Source of the DNA: Geobacter metallireducens GS-15
GTDB lineage: Bacteria; Desulfobacterota; Desulfuromonadia; Geobacterales; Geobacteraceae
Assembly (NCBI RefSeq): GCF_000012925.1
Contig: NC_007517.1
Location: 510,001-542,000 of the forward strand
Direction: 5' to 3'
Length of the DNA: 32,000 nucleotides
Part shown: positions 27,175 to 32,000 of the stretch, piece by piece
How the letters are laid out: each line of letters starts with the position of its first letter
How positions within the stretch are numbered: position 1 is the stretch's first letter
Program-made: the position numbers and the translations under genes
The notes under the pieces: generated by a model
What the model saw: the letters and a program-made list of their open reading frames with translations, nothing else
Database searches by the model: none
What the model was told of the DNA's origin: nothing

Positions 27175-28131
27175 ATGAGACGCATTGCATTCATGGTTTT
27201 GGTGCTGGTCCTGGCGGCGCTCGCTTCCGGGTGCCGGAAAACGGAGGAAAAGGGTGCCGGCGGGAGCGGCAAGCTGCGGATCGTCGCCACCATCTTCCCG
27301 GTCTACGAATTTGCCCGCGCCGTGGCAGGGGACAAGGCCGAGGTGACGCTCCTCCTTCCTCCCGGCATGGAGCCCCACAGCTTCGAGCCCCAGCCGGGCG
27401 ATATCGTGCGGGTAAGCAACGCCGATCTCTTTATCTACACGAACCGGTACATGGAGCCGTGGGCCGGCGAGATCGTCAAGGGGGCCGGCGGCAGGAAGCT
27501 CACCGTGGTCGATGCGAGCCGGGGGGCAAAATTCCTTAAGGCAGGCGAGGGGAATAATCACGACGACCATGGCCACGGAGGGCACAACCATGGCGGCGAG
27601 GGGATGGACCCCCACCTCTGGCTCGATTTCACCAACTCTCAGCTCATGGTGGACAACATCGCCGCGGCCTTGGCCGAGCGGGACCCGGCGAACCGGTCCG
27701 TCTACCTTGCCAATGCCGCCGCCTACCGCGCCAGGCTGGCCGACCTGGACGAACGGTACCGCAAGGGGCTCGCTTCGTGCGCCACGCGAACCATCCTCCA
27801 TGGCGGGCACTACGCCTTCGGCTACCTGGCCAACCGCTACGGTCTCCGCTACCTGTCGGCCTACGCCGTTTCCGCCGACGCCGAGCCGACCCCGGCGAAG
27901 CTGGCGCAACTCGTGAATCAGGTGCGGGCCGAGGGACTGAAGTACATCTTCACCGAGGAGCTTCTCGATCCCCGCACCGCAGAGACCATCGCCCGGGAAA
28001 CCGGCGCCTCCATCCTCATGCTCCACGGCGCCCATACCGTCTCGAAGGCCGATCTGGACAGGGGAGTCACCTTTATGGAGCTCATGGAGAAGAACCTGAA
28101 GAATCTGCGGGAGGGGCTCCAATGTCGGTAG
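27175..28131 (+). CDS. znuA: Metal (zinc-type) ABC transporter substrate-binding lipoprotein, ZnuA-like
   Basis: Lipobox LASGC. Cluster A-I SBP motifs (ATIFPVYEF, PGMEPHSFEP, DPHLWLD). His-rich loop NNHDDHGHGGHNHGGEG typical of ZnuA. Confidence 0.8.
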   Translation: MRRIAFMVLVLVLAALASGCRKTEEKGAGGSGKLRIVATIFPVYEFARAVAGDKAEVTLLLPPGMEPHSFEPQPGDIVRVSNADLFIYTNRYMEPWAGEIVKGAGGRKLTVVDASRGAKFLKAGEGNNHDDHGHGGHNHGGEGMDPHLWLDFTNSQLMVDNIAAALAERDPANRSVYLANAAAYRARLADLDERYRKGLASCATRTILHGGHYAFGYLANRYGLRYLSAYAVSADAEPTPAKLAQLVNQVRAEGLKYIFTEELLDPRTAETIARETGASILMLHGAHTVSKADLDRGVTFMELMEKNLKNLREGLQCR

Positions 28132-28892
28132 GGGTGGTCACGGTCCAGGGGCTTTCCCATGCCTACCAGGGGGTCGACGCCTTGCTCGACGTATCGTTTG
28201 CCGTGGAAAAGGGGAGCTACGTGGGGATTGTCGGTCCCAACGGCTCGGGGAAGAGCACCCTTGTCCGCTGCATTCTGGGGCTTGCCCGCCCCGACCGGGG
28301 GCGCGTCGACCTCTTCGGAACCCCCCTTGCTTCCTTCGATCAGTGGCAGCGGGTCGGCTACCTCCCCCAGGGGCTCCAGCATTTCAATCCCCACTTTCCG
28401 GCCACCGTGGCCGAGGTGGTGGGGCTGGGGCTCCTGGCCAACCGGAGCTTCCCCCGCCGCGTTCACCGGGAGGACGCCGGGGCCGTTGGCCGGGCCCTGG
28501 AGCTCATGGGTATCGGCGGCATCCGCAACCGGCTCATCGGTGAACTCTCCGGAGGCCTGCGGCAGCGGGTGCTCCTGGCCCGGGCCATGGTGAACGGGCC
28601 GGAGCTCCTTGTCCTGGACGAACCCACCACGGCCCTGGACCCGGAGACGCGGGAAATTTTCTACCGCACCATTCAGGAGCTGAACCGGGAGCGGAAAACC
28701 ACCATCATCCTCGTGACCCACGACAGCGGCACCATCGGCCGGTACGCGTCGAGTCTCCTCTACCTGGACAAGCGGCTCGTCTTTTACGGAGGCTTCGACG
28801 ACTTCTGCGGTTCGCCGGAAATGGGCGACTTTTTCGGCTCCCACTCCCAACACCTGATCTGCCATCGGCATCAAGACGGAGCACCCCGGTGA
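28122..28892 (+). CDS. znuC: Metal ABC transporter ATP-binding protein, ZnuC-like
   Basis: ATG 28122 overlapping the znuA end. Walker A GPNGSGKST, LSGGLRQR, LVLDEPTTALD. Confidence 0.85.
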   Translation: MSVGVVTVQGLSHAYQGVDALLDVSFAVEKGSYVGIVGPNGSGKSTLVRCILGLARPDRGRVDLFGTPLASFDQWQRVGYLPQGLQHFNPHFPATVAEVVGLGLLANRSFPRRVHREDAGAVGRALELMGIGGIRNRLIGELSGGLRQRVLLARAMVNGPELLVLDEPTTALDPETREIFYRTIQELNRERKTTIILVTHDSGTIGRYASSLLYLDKRLVFYGGFDDFCGSPEMGDFFGSHSQHLICHRHQDGAPR

Positions 28893-29707
28893 CGTTTCTC
28901 GACATCTTTCAGTACGGCTTTCTCCTTCGGGCCCTTGCGGCCGGCTCCCTCATCGCGGCCCTTTGCGCAGTACTCGGGGTATTCCTCGTCCTGCGGCGCC
29001 TTTCACTCATCGGCGACGGCCTGGCCCATGTCACCTTCGGGAGTGTGGCCCTGGCCCTGTTCCTCCGCTTCCAGTCGGTCTATGCCACCGTCGCCGCCAT
29101 CCCGGCCGTGCTCCTGGCGGCCCTGGGGATCCTGAGGCTGGCCGAGCGGGCGCGGATCTACGGCGACGCCGCCATCGGCATCGTCTCGTCCCTGGGGGTC
29201 GCCACCGGCATCCTGCTGGCGAGCATGGCCGGCGGCTTCAATGTGGACCTCTTCAGCTACCTCTTCGGCAACATCCTTTCCATCAGCCCCTTCGAACTGG
29301 GGCAGACGGCGGTCCTTTTCGTCATCGTCTGCCTCACGGTGCTCCTCTGCTATCACGACCTCTTCGCCATCGCCTTTGACGAGGAGCTTGCCCGCACCTC
29401 GGGAATCCGGGTCGATCGGATCAACGCGGTGCTCGTTCTCCTTACGGCGCTCACTGTGGTCCTGGCCATGAAGGTGGTGGGGATCATGCTCATCTCGGCG
29501 CTTCTCATCCTTCCGGCCGTCACGTCGCTGCAGATTGCCCGGGGGTTCCGGACCGCCATCCTCCTCGCCGTGCTCCTCGGGGTCCTGTCGGTGGTGGCGG
29601 GGATCGTCATCTCGTTCCTGGCGAATCTCCCTGCCGGCGCCACCATCATCCTGGTGAACTTCACCCTGTTCCTCGTCTCCTTCGGGCTGCGGAAGCTGCG
29701 GAAGTAG
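28889..29707 (+). CDS. znuB: Metal ABC transporter permease, ZnuB-like
   Basis: GTG 28889 overlapping the znuC stop. ABC-3 family pattern (FLLRALAAG, LIGDGLAHVTFG) with 8-9 TM segments. Confidence 0.85.
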   Translation: MTFLDIFQYGFLLRALAAGSLIAALCAVLGVFLVLRRLSLIGDGLAHVTFGSVALALFLRFQSVYATVAAIPAVLLAALGILRLAERARIYGDAAIGIVSSLGVATGILLASMAGGFNVDLFSYLFGNILSISPFELGQTAVLFVIVCLTVLLCYHDLFAIAFDEELARTSGIRVDRINAVLVLLTALTVVLAMKVVGIMLISALLILPAVTSLQIARGFRTAILLAVLLGVLSVVAGIVISFLANLPAGATIILVNFTLFLVSFGLRKLRK

Positions 29708-29786
29708 CGCGAAAAAAAGATTCCTCTCCCCGGCAAAGTAGTCTATTATCCAGCCGTTTCGAGATCAGCCGCAGGAGAAAAGACCC

Positions 29787-30206
29787 ATGGGCGAAACCGT
29801 CAGATTCGGCATCTCCATCGACGACAAACTGCTGGAGAGTTTCGACCGCCTCATCGAGCAGAAGGGGTACATGAACCGCTCCGAGGCGGTCCGCGACCTG
29901 ATCCGCGCGGCCCTGGTGGAGCTCAAGTGGGAAGGGGGCGAGGAGGAGACCGTCGGCACCGTGACCCTCGTCTACAACCACCACGTCCGGGACCTCTCCG
30001 ACAAGCTCACCGAGCAGCAGCACTCCCACCACAATGAGATCGTCTCGGCCCTCCACGTCCATCTGGATGCCCACAACTGTCTTGAGGTCCTCGTGGTGCG
30101 AGGCAAGGCCCGGGAGGTGAAGAAGATCGCCGACGAGCTGATTGGCGTGAAGGGGGTCAAACACGGCAAGCTCGTCATGACCACCACGGGGGAGGAACTG
30201 CACTGA
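29787..30206 (+). CDS. nikR: Nickel-responsive transcriptional regulator NikR
   Basis: 139 aa. N-terminal ribbon-helix-helix ([15 protein letters not shown]...[14 protein letters not shown]). C-terminal metal-binding domain with the H..HH...H.H..C pattern ([22 protein letters not shown]). Confidence 0.9.
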   Translation: MGETVRFGISIDDKLLESFDRLIEQKGYMNRSEAVRDLIRAALVELKWEGGEEETVGTVTLVYNHHVRDLSDKLTEQQHSHHNEIVSALHVHLDAHNCLEVLVVRGKAREVKKIADELIGVKGVKHGKLVMTTTGEELH

Positions 30207-30208
30207 AA

Positions 30209-30234
30209 GGCCGGGACCGGGGTCCGGGAAAAGC
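30209..30234. repeat. GGGGACC-family solo degenerate arm E (downstream of nikR)
   Basis: GGCCGGGACCGGGGTCCGGGAAAAGC. Shares the 5' CCGGGAC start and the 3' GGGAAAAGC terminus with arms A-D. Confidence 0.6.
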
Positions 30235-30280
30235 GGTCAGGGGCGTTGAAAAATAGGGCGCGTTGTGCTCTAATCTACCG

Positions 30281-30769
30281 GTGAAATCGAACGTTTTCAT
30301 AGCCCTCGGCTCGAACCAGGGGGATCGGGAACTGAACCTGCTACGGGCCGTGGCCGAGATCGGCAGGCTGGAGCAGACCCGCATCACGGCCCTTTCCGGC
30401 TTCTACGACACCGACCCCGTCGGGCCGGTGGACCAGCCCAACTTCCTCAACGCTGCCCTCAGGCTCGAAACGGCCCTCTCGCCCCGCCAGTTGCTCGCGG
30501 AACTCCAGCGGATCGAAACCGACGTGTTCCGGAGGGTGCGGGACGTCCCGTGGGGACCGCGCTCCATGGACCTGGACATCCTCCTCTACGGCGATCTCAT
30601 CCTTGACGAAGAGGGGCTCGTCATCCCCCATCCCCGGCTCCACGAGCGGCGCTTCGTGCTGGTTCCCCTGGCGGAGATCGCCCCTGACGTTCATCATCCC
30701 CTGCTTGGGAAGCGGGTGGATGAACTGCTCCGCTCGCTCCCTCCCGGCGAGCGGGTGACCAGGATTTAG
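30281..30769 (+). CDS. folK: 2-amino-4-hydroxy-6-hydroxymethyldihydropteridine diphosphokinase
   Basis: VFIALGSNQGDR, YDTDPVGPVDQPNFLNA, WGPRSMDLDILLYG, HPRLHERRFVLVPLAEI are HPPK signatures. Start GTG 30281 or TTG 30263. Confidence 0.85.
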   Translation: MKSNVFIALGSNQGDRELNLLRAVAEIGRLEQTRITALSGFYDTDPVGPVDQPNFLNAALRLETALSPRQLLAELQRIETDVFRRVRDVPWGPRSMDLDILLYGDLILDEEGLVIPHPRLHERRFVLVPLAEIAPDVHHPLLGKRVDELLRSLPPGERVTRI

Positions 30770-30779
30770 GAGTTTGCCG

Positions 30780-31067
30780 ATGCGGCTGATTATCATGCTC
30801 ATCCTGTTTTATGTGGGCTTCAGGATCGTGCAGGGTTTTTTGAAAAAGAAGCAGGAAGAGAAGCCGACGATACCTGCCCCGGAGAAGGAGGAGACCTTCC
30901 AGGACCCGGTCTGCGGCGTCTACGTCACCGAGGACGACGCCGTCATCGGCCGCCACGAGGGGAAACGGATCCATTTCTGCTCCATGGCCTGCCTGGAGAA
31001 GTACCAGGCCGGCCTTGAGCATGCAGGCACCACCCATAACCAATCAAACCCGGAGGAACGAAAATGA
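30780..31067 (+). CDS. YHS/TRASH-domain small membrane protein
   Basis: ATG 30780, 7 nt after AGGAG. N-terminal TM helix, then [14 protein letters not shown]...[15 protein letters not shown] is a YHS-type Cys motif. Confidence 0.7.
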   Translation: MRLIIMLILFYVGFRIVQGFLKKKQEEKPTIPAPEKEETFQDPVCGVYVTEDDAVIGRHEGKRIHFCSMACLEKYQAGLEHAGTTHNQSNPEERK

Positions 31068-31708
31068 AGTTTTTCATCGACACCGCAGACGTGAACGAAA
31101 TCCGCGAGGCCCACGAGCTGGGGCTCGTGGACGGCGTCACCACCAACCCTTCGCTCATCGCCAAATCGGGACGCAAGTTCGAGGAGGTCATCAAGGAGAT
31201 CACCGGCATCGTTGACGGCCCCATCTCCGCCGAGGTGGTCTCCCTGGACCACGACGGCATGATCCGCGAGGCCGAGGAGCTGGCCGCGATCCACAAGAAC
31301 ATCGTCATCAAGCTCCCCATGACCCCGGAAGGGCTCAAGGCCTGCACCACCCTCACGAAGAAGGGGATCAAGACCAACGTGACCCTCATCTTCACCGCCA
31401 TGCAGGCCCTTCTGGCCGCCAAGGCGGGCGCCACCTACGTCTCCCCCTTCGTGGGGCGCCTCGACGACATCTCCCAGGACGGCATGGGGATCATCGACGA
31501 CATCAAGACCATCTTCGACAACTACGGCTACACCGCCGAGATCATCGTGGCCAGCGTCCGGAACCCCATCCACGTCCTGAACGCTGCCCTCATCGGCGCC
31601 GACATCGCCACCATCCCCTACTCGGTCATGCTCCAACTGGCCAAGCACCCCCTCACCGACGCCGGCATCGAGCGGTTCCTGAAGGACTGGGAGAAGGTGC
31701 CGAAGTAA
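31064..31708 (+). CDS. tal: Transaldolase / fructose-6-phosphate aldolase family (short, type 3B)
   Basis: 214 aa. [30 protein letters not shown] (Schiff-base Lys), [23 protein letters not shown] overlap with the YHS gene. Confidence 0.9.
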   Translation: MKFFIDTADVNEIREAHELGLVDGVTTNPSLIAKSGRKFEEVIKEITGIVDGPISAEVVSLDHDGMIREAEELAAIHKNIVIKLPMTPEGLKACTTLTKKGIKTNVTLIFTAMQALLAAKAGATYVSPFVGRLDDISQDGMGIIDDIKTIFDNYGYTAEIIVASVRNPIHVLNAALIGADIATIPYSVMLQLAKHPLTDAGIERFLKDWEKVPK

Positions 31709-31727
31709 GGTTTTCCCTGTATTATTG

Positions 31728-31765
31728 AAAAAAACCCCGACGGTGGATGCTGTCGGGGTTTTTTT
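31728..31765. terminator. Bidirectional intrinsic terminator after tal
   Basis: AAAAAAA-CCCCGAC-GGTGGATGCT-GTCGGGG-TTTTTTT. Confidence 0.75.
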
Positions 31766-31791
31766 CATGCTGTGAAAACCGTTCGTAGGCT

Positions 31792-32000
31792 TCAGAGGTG
31801 CTCTAGTTCTTTTACCCAGAACACCATCGTATTGTCGGTTACCTCCCCCTCAAGGTTGGGCCAGGGGAGTGTCACGCTCAGTTCCGGATGCCGGATGAAC
31901 CCGGCCTTGATCAGGTAGCCGTCGATGGGATGGTAGTCGCCCGGTCGCAGGGGGTGGTCTTCGGGCCGCTCGATGGTGGCACAGGCCAGGTGACGATACC
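31792..32000 (-). CDS. C-terminal 68 codons of an unidentified protein (5' end outside the window)
   Basis: Manual reverse translation: ...YRHLACATIERPEDHPLRPGDYHPIDGYLIKAGFIRHPELSVTLPWPNLEGEVTDNTMVFWVKELEHL*. GC3-rich codon usage and convergent on the tal terminator. Function not assignable from this fragment. Confidence 0.4.
   Translation of the reverse strand, partial: YRHLACATIERPEDHPLRPGDYHPIDGYLIKAGFIRHPELSVTLPWPNLEGEVTDNTMVFWVKELEHL

Noticed and set aside
30209-30234. Intrinsic terminator for nikR
   Set aside because: The GGACC-GG-GGTCC palindrome would leave a 2 nt loop, and no T-tract follows. It is better explained as a degenerate solo copy of the GGGGACC element.
30246-30274. Sigma-70 promoter for folK (TTGAAA-17 nt-TG-c-TCTAAT)
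   Set aside because: It is a pattern match only. It would place the transcription start at or within the candidate start codons (30263/30281), implying a leaderless mRNA. That is too speculative to list as a feature.

Overview
GC-rich deltaproteobacterial (Geobacter-like; inferred from gene content and composition, not searched) chromosomal segment. Its core is a roughly 20 kb anaerobic (cobalt-early) cobalamin biosynthesis, salvage and cobalt-uptake cluster on the + strand. A single cobalamin riboswitch precedes cobU-cobT-cobS-cobC-cbiA-bzaF-cbiMNQO-cbiX-cbiC-cbiD-[MNT/HepT toxin-antitoxin]-cbiET-cbiL-cbiF-cbiG-cbiH::cobQ-cbiB-cobD. Left flank: flagellar genes (motA partial, flbD, flaG), an HDOD-domain gene and engB. 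Right flank: an IS110-family element, a PPC-domain gene plus a J-domain/LRR gene, znuACB-like metal ABC transporter, nikR, folK, a YHS-domain gene and a transaldolase. The most unusual content is non-genic. Almost every intercistronic gap in the B12 cluster holds a hairpin whose two arms are each 3-4 tandem 7-9 nt units. One family, (GGGGACC)n / (GGTCCCC)n, also sits in frame inside coding sequence. It occurs twice in cbiD and once in cobQ, covers the cobT stop and the cobS 5' end, and forms the whole linker that fuses cbiH and cobQ into one 797-codon ORF. The G-rich arms meet the G-quadruplex motif definition. The IS110 element lies exactly inside one arm of a CACAGAG-type hairpin. Its 184 nt 5' leader has sequence features expected of a bridge (guide) RNA. 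Long ORFs antisense to these genes are treated as GC-driven shadow ORFs.
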